A DNA stretch of 37,039 nt, taken from Octopus sinensis. Lineage: Eukaryota. Numbering within the stretch: position 1 is the stretch's first letter; every line of letters begins with the position of its first letter. The position numbers were made by a program, and so were the translations under genes. The notes under the pieces were generated by a model that did no database searches, had not been told where the DNA came from, and saw only the letters and a program-made list of their open reading frames with translations. The stretch spans positions 1 through 37,039 of the forward strand of contig NW_021829912.1 of assembly GCF_006345805.1 (NCBI RefSeq). The letters are read 5' to 3'. Below are positions 24,490-34,539 of this stretch, in pieces.

Positions 24490-24650
24490 CAACGGGCTTC
24501 CAAACAGCTTCCGTCTACCAAATCCACTCCAAAGACTTTGGTCAACCCTGAGCTAAAGTAAAAAAAAAACACTTACTCAAGATACCTTGTAGTGAACTCG
24601 GAAGCATGTTGTTGGGACACAAGCTTCTCACTAACCTAACCACTCCTACA
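24490..24650 (-). mobile_element. SINE family A, decayed 5' half
   Basis: TTCCGTCTACCAAATCCACT...ACCACTCCTAC. Confidence 0.65.
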
Positions 24651-25002
24651 CCTATACACCCACTTAATTCTTATCTTTTACTCTACTATCAGTCTCTGTT
24701 ATATGCTTTTTGTATGTGTTTTTTTCTTTTTTTCTCTAACCATAAATCTCTTCACTGACTATCTCAAGCAGTTATTGAATATTATTTTCTCTGCTAAAGT
24801 AGTTATCTCAACGCTACCGAAACGATTATTGATAGAGCCATTGAATAAATTGGCTTTGTTTTGCTTTGATTATATAATCGTTGCGTCTACACTGTAGATA
24901 TTGTAGCCTCTACGCCCACGACTTTTGATGGTTTAATATAAACACATGAGGGAATATTTGGCGTGCGGTGGATCATGCTGATTTCTAAAGATAGATTTCT
25001 GA

Positions 25003-25332
25003 AGGCGCATGGCTCATTGACTAGAGTCTCCGGCTCACAATCATAAGGTAGTGAGTTCGATTCTCGGAACGGCTGTGTTTTGTTCTTGAGCAAGACATTT
25101 TATTTCACGTACTTCCAGTTCACTCAGCTGAAGAAATGAGTCACGATGTCACTGGTGCCAAGCTCTATCGGCCTTTGTCTTTCTCTTCGGCAATATCAGT
25201 GGCATGGAAAGGGAAGACTGGTATGCATGGGTGACTGCTGGACTTCAATAAAATCTACCTTGCCTGGACTTGTGCCTTGGGGGGTAACTTTCTAGGTGCT
25301 ATCCCATGGTCATTCATGACCGAAGGTCTTTA
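25003..25332 (+). mobile_element. SINE family D (CORE-like), full length
   Basis: Homologous to 8883-9155 and retains a central segment missing from that copy. Confidence 0.8.
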
Positions 25333-25334
25333 AT

Positions 25335-25552
25335 TGTGGGTTTCAAATTTTGGCACCGAACCAGTAATTTTTAAGGATAGGGGGCTAATCGTTTGCATCG
25401 ACCTCAGTACTTGACTGGTACTTATTTTATCGACCCCGAAAGGGTGAAAGGTAAAGTCGACCTAAGCGGAATTTGGGCTCAGAACATAAAGACGGACGAA
25501 ATGCCGATAAGCGAAATGCTAGCGTGCTAACGGTTCCACTAGCTCACTGCTT
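25335..25552 (-). mobile_element. SINE family B
   Basis: ACTGGTACTTATTTTATCGACCCCGAAAGGGTGAAAGGTAAAGTCGACC central block. Confidence 0.85.
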
Positions 25553-25622
25553 TTAGATACACATTAATTCCACACGTGCGGTTGGCAATTAGTTTTCCTT
25601 CTTCGAACTTTTCCTTCTCTCC

Positions 25623-25655
25623 TTTCCGACAAAGAGATATTCCCGAAACGTCAAA
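25623..25655 (+). ncRNA. Degenerate minimal hammerhead motif
   Basis: TTT-CCGACAA-A-GAGA-TAT-TCCC-GAAAC-GTC-AAA; two core substitutions. Confidence 0.45.
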
Positions 25656-25750
25656 AACTCTCTTTACTAAGCGTCATACTAATACATTCCTTGTGCACGT
25701 CCTCTTGTCGTCGTTTATTTGAATTGAATATTTATATATATATCTGTGTA

Positions 25751-25788
25751 TCTTTCTGTTGAAGAGCGTAGGCTCGAAACGTTAAAGA
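25751..25788 (+). ncRNA. Minimal hammerhead motif with a single core substitution (A6U)
   Basis: TCTTT-CTGTTGA-A-GAGC-GTAG-GCTC-GAAAC-GTT-AAAGA. Stem I 5 bp, stem II 4 bp, palindromic AACGTT at stem III. Confidence 0.6.
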
Positions 25789-25987
25789 CTTGTTTTATTT
25801 ATATTTCCTGAGCGCCATACTAATACAATTGTTTGTTTGTTTTCCACCTGCCTTCGTCTTTTGTCTATTTTCATAAAGCTTCCCGTTATATATATATATA
25901 TAAGGATAAGATCGTTAATTTAAATATCGATCTTATCAAGTGGGCAGCATGGGAATAAAAACCTTCAAACGTAATAATTATTATCAA

Positions 25988-26092
25988 AATTATAATTTAG
26001 GGTATCTAAAGCCTGACTCTAAAACCACATTTGTGGTTTTGAGTCAGGTCTATTTCCAGCGTGGCGGTATCTCTTAGATACCCTAAATTAGA

Positions 26093-26095
<3 letters not shown>
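25988..26095. repeat. Nested inverted repeat (fold-back)
   Basis: Outer arms TAATTTAGGGTATCTAA / TTAGATACCCTAAATTA enclose the inner hairpin CCTGACTC(T)AAAACCACA / TGTGGTTTTGAGTCAGG. Confidence 0.85.
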
Positions 26096-26129
<34 letters not shown>

Positions 26130-26169
26130 TCACACATTGAGTTGTTGTTATGTCGGGCTACCGCCTTGT

Positions 26170-26350
26170 GTGGAAGAGACAAGACGAATAGTAAAGTTTC
26201 TTCGCCAATGGGATCTATCCAAGGACTGCACCACTAATGGAAGAATAAACGTGTGGACCGCAAGAGAGACTATGTTGTAAATTAATCTTATGTAGTCACA
26301 TTACATGAGAGTAAGTTGGTCAGCCTATGAATTTTTCTGTCGACCCTAGA
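26170..26350 (+). mobile_element. Mariner 3' end: transposase C-terminus remnant and right TIR-like end
   Basis: FFANGI... and WKNKRVDRKRDYVVN* resemble the mariner C-terminus. The end AGTTGGTCAGCCTATGAATTTTTCTGTCGACCCTAGA is mariner-TIR-like and does not match the 23108 TIR. Confidence 0.6.
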
Positions 26351-26650
26351 AGATAGAATCCCGCTTTCATATTAAAAGTCAGCTACATTTTAGTGATTTG
26401 TATTTGCCTTTAAATTACGGATCATAAATACAGATAGAGGTTGTTGCAAGGTTTGTTGAATCGGTATCAACGCAATGACAATATCGACGTAGAGACAGAC
26501 TCGTGAAAACACAAATATACATACATATACATACATTCAGATGAATATGGTACTTAAGTTCAGGCACATGAATTTAGTACGGTATTATCCATACAATTTC
26601 AAAATAAGGTGATTAAAATCGAAATAAGCAACAAGGATATCCAGAGGTAA

Positions 26651-26742
26651 TGCAGTACGATCGTTTCATGCAACTCCATTTAATTGGACAATGCAATCAT
26701 TTCATTACATCAATTTAAAATGTAGAGCAATCTTCAGCTGCA
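26651..26742 (-). ncRNA. Type-I hammerhead ribozyme with intact core and long stem II insertion
   Basis: Minus strand: TGCAG-CTGAAGA-[~60 nt]-GAAAC-GATC-GTA-CTGCA. Perfect 5-bp stem I, perfect core, GUA triplet, palindromic GATC loop III. Confidence 0.75.
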
Positions 26743-26754
26743 CAGACATAGAAT

Positions 26755-26965
26755 TTAATTAAGTTAGAACAGGACACATTAGTATAATTTTACCTAAAAT
26801 CTCCTAGTTAAGGAGATAGACAAAGAACATGTTGTACCAACAACATCATAGTAGTACCAACAGCTATATTGTTGTTGGTACATGTTCTTTGTCTATCTAC
26901 TTAACTTCTTGGAGATTTTAGGTAAAGTTATACTAATGTGTCTTTCTGTTCTAATTTAATTGATT
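26755..26965. repeat. ~210-bp imperfect palindrome with ~100-bp arms
   Basis: GACACATTAGTATAATTTTACCTAAAATCTCC...GATAGACAAAGAACATG is mirrored by CATGTTCTTTGTCTATC...GGAGATTTTAGGTAAAGTTATACTAATGTGTC. Confidence 0.9.
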
Positions 26966-26978
26966 TGATGCATATATA

Positions 26979-27787
26979 TACTCTTTTACTCCTTTACTCT
27001 TTTACTTGTTTCAGTTGTTTGACTGTGGCCATGCTGGAGCACCGCCTTTTAGTCGAGCAAATCGACCCTAGGTCTTATTCTTTGTAAGCCTAGAACTTAT
27101 TCTATCGGTCTCTTTTGCCGAACCGCTAGGTTACAGGGACGTAATCACACCAGTATCGGTTGTCAAGCGATGTTGGGGAGGGGACAAACACAGACGCACA
27201 AACATATAGACACACACACACACACACATATATATATACACTAGCAGTATCGCCCGGCGTTGCTCAGGTTTGTAAGGGAAATAACTATAAAGCATTTTTA
27301 GAGAGTTATAGCCAAAAAATAGCAAAAAAATGGAAAAAAATGATGGCAAATTTTTTTTGAGATTTAAAAAAGGTGGAGTTGCGTCCCCTAGACAGTTTAG
27401 GTTCGTGTGTTTCTGATCTCGACCCCATGTCGAATTTATCGATTTTTTTCAGAACTGGGGGAACTTTTCAAAATTTTCGCTGCGTTAGTTTTGAATTATG
27501 ACATTGGGCTATGTGTGTGTCAAGTTTCATCAGAATCGGTTGAAAGCCGTGATCAGGGTGAGGGTACAAGCAAACAGACACACAGAAACACGCACAGACA
27601 AACTGCCGTTTATATAGAGAGAGATATATACGACGAGCTTCTTTCAGTTTCCGCCTACCAAATCCACTCACAAGGCCTTGGTCTGCCCGAGGCTATAGTA
27701 GAAGCCACTTGCCCAAGGTGCCACGCAGTGGGACTGAACCCGGAACCATGTGGTTCGTAAGCAAGCTACTTCCCAATCAGTAACTCC
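26979..27787 (-). mobile_element. SINE family A split by a Helentron/DINE-like insertion
   Basis: 3' half at 26979-27239 and 5' half at 27626-27787 are colinear with family A. Confidence 0.9.
27240..27625 (+). mobile_element. Helentron-associated (HINE/DINE-1/Lep1-like) non-autonomous element, full length
   Basis: 5' ACTAGCAGTATCGCCCGGCGTTGCTCAGG, internal CAAGTTTCATCAGAATCGG, (ACAG)-type microsatellite and 3' TTTATATAGAGAGAGAT; inserted in a (TA)n tract. Confidence 0.7.
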
Positions 27788-27926
27788 TACGCCTATACAG
27801 CTTCTCCTACGCCTTTATTTTATTTTATTTGTCATTGAACTGCGGCCATGCTGGTGTACCGCCTTTAAGGGCTCACATAAAAACAATCTCGGCTAGCCTA
27901 GGTTTTAATTATTACATATATATATA

Positions 27927-28097
27927 CATTTAAATGAAGGTTATTTCGATTGAAGTCGTGTCCTCTGGAACGATTTTAACGGTGTAGGGCAAGGTATGAT
28001 ATATATATATATATATCTATATATATACATTTAAATGATGGTTATTTCGATTGAAGTCGTGTCCTCTGGAACGATTTTAAACGGTGTAGGGCAGGTA

Positions 28098-28101
<4 letters not shown>
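27927..28101. repeat. Tandem duplication, period ~101 bp
   Basis: CATTTAAATGA(A/T)GGTTATTTCGATTGAAGTCGTGTCCTCTGGAACGATTTTAA...GGTATGA occurs twice, separated by (TA)n. Confidence 0.95.
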
Positions 28102-28162
<61 letters not shown>

Positions 28163-28326
28163 TTCGGAATGGTCATATGCCAGTTTAGCCCATAAAAACA
28201 CACGCACTATATATTTGTTATTATTTTGCTTCAGTGTTATTTATTTTTACATTAATCTTAATCTTATTTATGAAATATAAGAATAGCTGTTTTCAACACC
28301 CTTCACATAAAAATCTTGCACAACTA

Positions 28327-28377
<51 letters not shown>

Positions 28378-28721
28378 CTGTGTGGTGTGTGTGTATCTAT
28401 CTATCTTTCTTTTTTTTATCTCTCCATATATAAATATGCACACACATAAAGACAGATATACATAACGAAAGAAAGAATGGAAGAAAGTGTTAATTAGAGA
28501 AAGCGAGTTGGAGAGAGGAAAAGAGAGTGAGTGAGAAAGAGAGAGAGAGAGAGAGAGAGAGTCATTGAGAACTATGTAATAGCATAAGAAGACAACATTC
28601 TGTCACGTATACATTTTATGTGTATAGGTGACTGTACATCTATGTTTCTATGAGCCTTTGTGTATGTGTATGTGTGTGTGTGTGTGTGTGTGTTTATGTG
28701 TGTGTGTGTGTGTGTATGTGT

Positions 28722-28763
<42 letters not shown>

Positions 28764-28860
28764 AATAGACACAGTTGAATAGTCTGGGGGTGTCGCTATG
28801 ACTACAATGTCTTCTAGTGTAATTGATATTTTTTTATATATCAAGTTATCTAACGCATTG

Positions 28861-28886
28861 AATATCGGTCAGCTCTGACCGATATT
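28861..28886. repeat. Perfect hairpin with 12-bp arms
   Basis: AATATCGGTCAG-CT-CTGACCGATATT. Confidence 0.9.
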
Positions 28887-29105
28887 TTTCCACATGAAGG
28901 AATCACGAATAAAGTCAGCTGTTGATACTTACCTATATCTACCTATTATTGCTGCCGCCACGCCGCCACCGCCGCCCCCCGCCGCCACCACCGCCACCAC
29001 CGCCACTGCCGCCGCTGCCGCTATCACCAGACTACCACCATTACCACCATAAACACTACCACTATCACCGCCGTTCTCGCCATCGCCACGTTTATATATA
29101 TTATG

Positions 29106-29158
<53 letters not shown>

Positions 29159-29235
29159 ATAATATTAGGGAATAAATCCAAATTTACAGGGAAAATCAGA
29201 TTTAGGATTGAATCCAATTTAATAGTAAAATATAA

Positions 29236-29460
29236 TATAATATTAATTAGAGACAAAACCACTATTATGCAAATCAAACAAAGAAAGACTTAATCCAATA
29301 CATAAAAATTTTATATAATTAAATATAATTAAGATATCCACTACGATCGTTTCTTGTCACTTCTATTGACATTCATCAGGTGGTTCAAGACCTTCTTTGC
29401 AATTTTAAAGAAGGTCTTTGGATTTGCATAATAGTGGTTTTGTCTCTAATTAATATTATA
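29236..29460. repeat. 40-bp perfect inverted repeats enclosing a hammerhead and a second hairpin
   Basis: TATAATATTAATTAGAGACAAAACCACTATTATGCAAATC (29236-29275) and its reverse complement (29421-29460). Inner hairpin AAGACCTTCTTT / AAAGAAGGTCTT at 29387-29418. Confidence 0.9.
29338..29383 (-). ncRNA. Minimal type-I hammerhead ribozyme with intact core
   Basis: Minus strand: CCAC-CTGATGA-A-TGTCA-ATAGAAG-TGACA-A-GAAAC-GATC-GTA-GTGG. Stem I 4 bp, stem II 5 bp, palindromic GATC loop III, GUA cleavage triplet. Confidence 0.85.
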
Positions 29461-29593
29461 TATATATATCTATATATATATATATATATATATCTATATA
29501 TATATTATATATTATATTATATAATATATTATATATATATATGATGATCAATCAAAAGTATACTATAATGGTATATAAATATATTAAGATATA

Positions 29594-29765
29594 TTCTTTT
29601 CTACTCAAGGCACAAGACCCGAAATTTTGGGATATGGGGGGCAGTCGATTAGATCAACCCCCTGTACGCAACTGGTACTTAATTTATCGACCCCGGAAGA
29701 ATGAAAGGCAAAATCAACCTCGGCGGAATTTGAACTGAGAATTTGAACTGAGACAGACGAAATAT
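29594..29765 (-). mobile_element. SINE family B with a small internal duplication (AATTTGAACTGAG x2)
   Basis: Central block ACTGGTACTTAATTTATCGACCCCGG and family-B tail. Confidence 0.85.
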
Positions 29766-29947
29766 TAAGATATATTAAACACATTATAAGTGGCTCGCTA
29801 GCAATTAAAAAACAAACAGGAATGAATAAATTGAGGGTGCAAAATAGCACTAGCGATTGCTAAAATTAAGGGTCAAATTTAACTCCGAAAGTCACAAAAA
29901 GCACTAATTTCGGACACAGCACGCTAAAACGATCTTTCCCTTGTGAG

Positions 29948-30050
29948 ATATGTTTCTTTATTAGCCACACAGGGCTGAACACAGAGGGGACAAATTACAA
30001 AGTAGAGCTTTTCTTTTGGGGGAGAAAAAAAAATGATCATAGGGATCGTG
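29948..30050 (-). mobile_element. Family E retroposon 3'-end fragment (putative LINE 3'UTR)
   Basis: Reverse complement CCCCCAAAAGAAAAGCTCTACTTTGTAATTTGTCCCCTCTGTGTTCAGCCCTGTGTGGCTAATAAAGAAAC; same motif at 31262-31467 and 32240-32455. Confidence 0.6.
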
Positions 30051-30206
30051 CATCACAAATAGTTGGAACACACGTAAATATATATTATCCATAATATATA
30101 TAGATATATTATTCTATATATATATTATATACATATATATATATATATATATCTATATATATATATATTCTATATATAATATATATATATATTATATAAT
30201 ATATTA

Positions 30207-30260
<54 letters not shown>

Positions 30261-30262
30261 AT

Positions 30263-30301
<39 letters not shown>

Positions 30302-30304
30302 AAA

Positions 30305-30530
30305 GGCCGGCGAGCTGGCAGAAACGTAGCACGCCGGGCGAAATGCGTAGCCGTATTTCATCTGCTGTTACGTTCTGAGTTCAAATTCCGCCGAGGTAGC
30401 TTTGCTTTTCATCCTTTCGGGGTCGATAAATTAAGTACCAGTTAGCACTGGGGTCAATATAATGACTTATCCGTTTGTCTGTCCTTGTTTGTCCCCTCTG
30501 CGTTTAGCCCCGTGTGGGCAGTAAAAAAAT
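30305..30530 (+). mobile_element. SINE family B2, full length, inserted in (TA)n
   Basis: Head GGCGAGCTGGCAGAAACG and tail TTTGTCCCCTCTGCGTTTAGCCCCGTGTGGGCAGTAAAAAAAT. Confidence 0.9.
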
Positions 30531-30639
30531 ATATATATATATTATAATATATATATATATTAATGCATCAGCATACCTGTGTTATATATATTAGGTCGGG
30601 TACAATCCACCCAATGGAATTCATCAAGTTCCATCTACC

Positions 30640-30775
30640 TGATTTGACTCCACGACGGTTTGAGAGGATCCGAGTCTGCAGTAAAATCGGTTACTCAATG
30701 TCACCGCAGTGAGATAGAAACCAGGATCTCATGGATTTCAAACGAACATAAACATTTAGCCACTCAAGCAGACAT
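30640..30775 (-). mobile_element. Old family A-type SINE head
   Basis: Reverse complement TGAGTGGCTAAATG...CCTGGTTTCTATCTCACTGCG weakly matches the family A head. Confidence 0.4.
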
Positions 30776-31261
30776 TATATACATATACGTATATATATGT
30801 ACAGACATGCAGACATACATGCATACATATATACTACATACATACATACATACATACATACATACAAATATATATATACATAAATACATACATATATATA
30901 TATATATACATACATACATAATACAAATATACATACATTCATACATACATAATACATACATTCATACATACATAATACATACATACAAAATCGAAGGACG
31001 CCTGTCAGACTCGAACGTGTGTTTGCACGTAACTATGTAACATGATAGTATGTATACATATATGCAAGTGTGTATGTATGCGAGTTAGTAGGTCGGCGTG
31101 TATGTGTGCTTGCACGTACGTGCGCACTTATGTATGTACTTATATACATGTATATCTCTCTATCTATCTATCTTCATCTATCTATCTATCTATCTACTTC
31201 TAGCTATCTATCTATCTATCTATACTCACCTGTCCTCCCCTTTACCTCATATGACATTTCT

Positions 31262-31467
31262 TGATAACGATCCCTATTGATCAATTTTTTTTCCTTTCCC
31301 TTCACCCCCCTTTTTTAAATTTATTCCCCCTTTTGTCCTCTTTCTTTCCCTTTACGATCTCTTTGATCGAAACCAAACCACCTTTTTTTTTAAACCCCCA
31401 AAAGAAAAGCTCTACTTGTTAATTTGTCCTGTCTGTGTGCAGCCCTGTGTGCTAATAAAGAAACATA
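31262..31467 (+). mobile_element. Family E 3'-end fragment
   Basis: ACGATCCCT/ACGATCTCT motifs, pyrimidine-rich body, tail ...GCTAATAAAGAAACA. Confidence 0.6.
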
Positions 31468-31734
31468 TCTATCTATTATCAATCTATATTGTATATATAT
31501 ATATTATATATATATATAATATGAAAAGAGAGACACGGGGGAGAGAGAATGTGAATGGTATATCCTTAAGCAGTTCCTCTTAACAGTAAGGTGTCGTAGT
31601 AAATGTTGACAGCAAAGGTAACTGTTTACTATATGATTCAATGAAGCGTGTTATACTTGGCACATCTTTAATTCGCACATCAATATTTACCCGGAAGGAG
31701 TCTCATGTAAGAGAAAATACACATGACGAATATA

Positions 31735-31807
31735 AGTATGTATGTATGTATGTATGTATGTATGTATGTATGTATGTATGTATGTATGTATGTATGTACG
31801 TACGTAC

Positions 31808-31838
<31 letters not shown>

Positions 31839-31923
31839 TGTATGTATGTATGTTTGTATGTATGTATGTATTATGTAAGTATATATGTAAGTATGTATGT
31901 ATGCATGCATGCATGCATGTATC

Positions 31924-31989
<66 letters not shown>

Positions 31990-32129
31990 TTTTCTTTCTA
32001 TCTAGCCATCCATCCATCCATTCGACTGTCTGACTGTCTGTCTATCTCTCTATCTATCTATCATGTACCTGTATACATACGTACGCACACACATACACAC
32101 GCCAAATATGAGAGCCAAATATGTGTGTG

Positions 32130-32199
<70 letters not shown>

Positions 32200-32230
32200 A
32201 TAGATAGATAGATAGATATATAGATAGATC
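31735..32230. repeat. Compound microsatellite (TATG)n-(TATC)n-(TA)n-(GA)n-(TAGA)n
   Basis: Directly visible. Confidence 0.95.
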
Positions 32231-32239
32231 GATAGATAA

Positions 32240-32455
32240 GTTTTCTTTATTGCCCACACAGGGCTTGCACCAGATGGGACAAGTTACAGGGTAGAGCTTT
32301 TCTTTTGGGGGATGAAAAAAAACAAAAAACAAAAGAAACAAAAAAAAAAGGGGTGGCGTAGGTTTTCGAATCAAGAGGGATCGTAAGGGAAGAAAAGGAC
32401 AAAAAAAAAATGAAATAAAAAATAAAAAAATAAAAATAAAAAAAAGGAAAAGGAA
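32240..32455 (-). mobile_element. Family E 3'-end fragment, inverted relative to the 31262 copy
   Basis: TTTCTTTATTGCCCACACAGGGC...GTAGAGCTTTTCTTTTGGGGG...AGAGGGATCGTAAGGG. Confidence 0.6.
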
Positions 32456-33803
32456 AAGATAGATAGATAGATAGCGGATTTGTAGATATAAATATAAATA
32501 CGAAGATTGAACAGATTGGAATCGGCGGATCAGAAGAAAACAGGAGGAATATAAGTCTAAAACAAGAAATTTAAGATCAACCGACATGACATTGCTATCT
32601 GGGACTAGAAAATAATGGCATAACATACTCTGTAGCACTAAGTCATCTGTCCTCTTCTCATCAATGTAGTAAAAATGATACAAGATGAAGAAGACATCTA
32701 TGAATCATTGATGATGATCCAGTAACACCAGATCACAAAATGTGCTTTCAGCTTTACACGCATTATTATTTTAATAAGAAGGTATGATGTAAACCACGTA
32801 GATACCGTTTTAACCCTAAAGGAAGTAACTCTGAGTCATTGTAATAGCGAAGATGTTTCACTGTTACCATGACAACCAATGCTATTTCTTCCATATTAAT
32901 AAACGCGAAGTTCTGTCTTTCCGTCCAGGACTCCTGTATCTCAGTCTACATTTGGAATCAGGATGATCCCGGATTGCAAATCTGCCCTAAAAAACTTTAG
33001 GACAAATTGGCCAACAGTTAGAATTCAACTTGGGACCGGAAAAATAGAATGGTTGCATTACAGAATGAATTCTCACCCGTCCTTAACCTCTGATCAAACA
33101 CCACCGGGGCACATAATCATTATAGACGTGTTATAGTCATGCTTTAGTTTTGGACTGCAGGCCCATTTAGCCCTCCGCAGGAAAAAAGTTTAAAAGTCCG
33201 CACGGATTGCCGTTTTTAAGCTAGTTGAGTATAGGTTTGAAAGTTGAGTCAACGGAGAGGGGCTGCAACTTGATGAAATCTCCAGGCAGTTTAAATGCAC
33301 AAGTCTTTGATATCAAAGTGTTTAAAAATTATCAATAGAAGGGTATCCAGGGGTCATGACCTGGATGCGGCCCAGTATCCTTAAAGTGTAAGATATTAAG
33401 GGCCGAAACATTTGCCCGAGTGGGGTTTCTTCTCTGAAGACCTTCTGCTGGTCAACTCCTCTGAAACTTTCTTACCACTGAATGGTCTTCGGGGTCCTGG
33501 AGGAGAAAAAGCAATTGTATAATTCATACATTACAGACGACTTCAATATCTGCGTCCTGTAAGAACCAGACATTGTTAAAATTTAAAAGGGTGATATTTT
33601 CGTGAATGGTGTCGTGACATTCAGTTTTTTTAATAAAAAATGAAATGTCTATTTTTGTAAAATTTGTCACAAAGAACCTGATTAGTCAAAACACACTCTA
33701 TCGTTAAAACAGAAAACACACACACACGCACAACACACACGTACACACAACACACATACTCACACACAAATATCTGCATGTTTACATACAGAAATGCATA
33801 CAC

Positions 33804-33861
<58 letters not shown>

Positions 33862-33862
33862 T

Positions 33863-33917
<55 letters not shown>

Positions 33918-33924
33918 TTCCTTT

Positions 33925-34385
33925 TACTCTGTCTGTCACTCCCTTTCCCTCCCTTGCTGACATGTCTCTCACGTAACTATCGGCCATCTTTCTTTCTCTC
34001 CGTTGTAGCTGGAACAAGGAAGACGTGTTCTTGTTTGTCTCCTGTCCTAGCTTGATTTGCGCGTTTGCCACCACAACCTCGTTTAGGCTTAGCAACCCTT
34101 CCTGTTTGTTTTCACTGTCCAGTTTGTGTTACCTAATTTGACTCTCCGCAAAATCTCAAATTTTATTTAATTTGCTTTGCGGGCGCAACTGTTTTATCGA
34201 TAGCGTATATTATTGCTAAATGCTCGAAGTACGAGACTAGAAAAACAGCCAACAACTGATGAAGGGTCGTTCTTTATGTTTGCTTTGTTTTCTATTTGTG
34301 TTTTTCGTTGTTCGAAAGAATAGTTCATGTTCCATGTATTCGTGCTAAGTACTTTATGTTTCATGACGTCCTGTGCCCACATATG
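33925..34385 (+). repeat. ~460-bp dispersed repeat, copy 1 (pLTR-like)
   Basis: Colinear with 35815-36305 (ACCTCGTTTAGGCTTAG, CAAATTTTATTTAATTTGCTTTGCGG, GACGTCCTGTGCCCA), ending in a (TA)-type tract. Confidence 0.8.
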
Positions 34386-34503
34386 CATATATATATATAC
34401 ACGTATAGATGTAAATATGTACATATACATATGTATATATGCATATATATATTAATTATATATTATATACATACATACATACACACATACATACATACAT
34501 ACA

Positions 34504-34539
<36 letters not shown>

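Noticed and set aside
23108-26350. A single mariner spanning 23108-26350
   Set aside because: The left and right TIR-like sequences do not match, so these are two separate remnants.
32863-32876. RFX X-box-like GTTACCATGACAAC with a nearby TGAGTCA
   Set aside because: A single match to a degenerate consensus is plausible by chance in 37 kb, and no promoter or gene context is visible.
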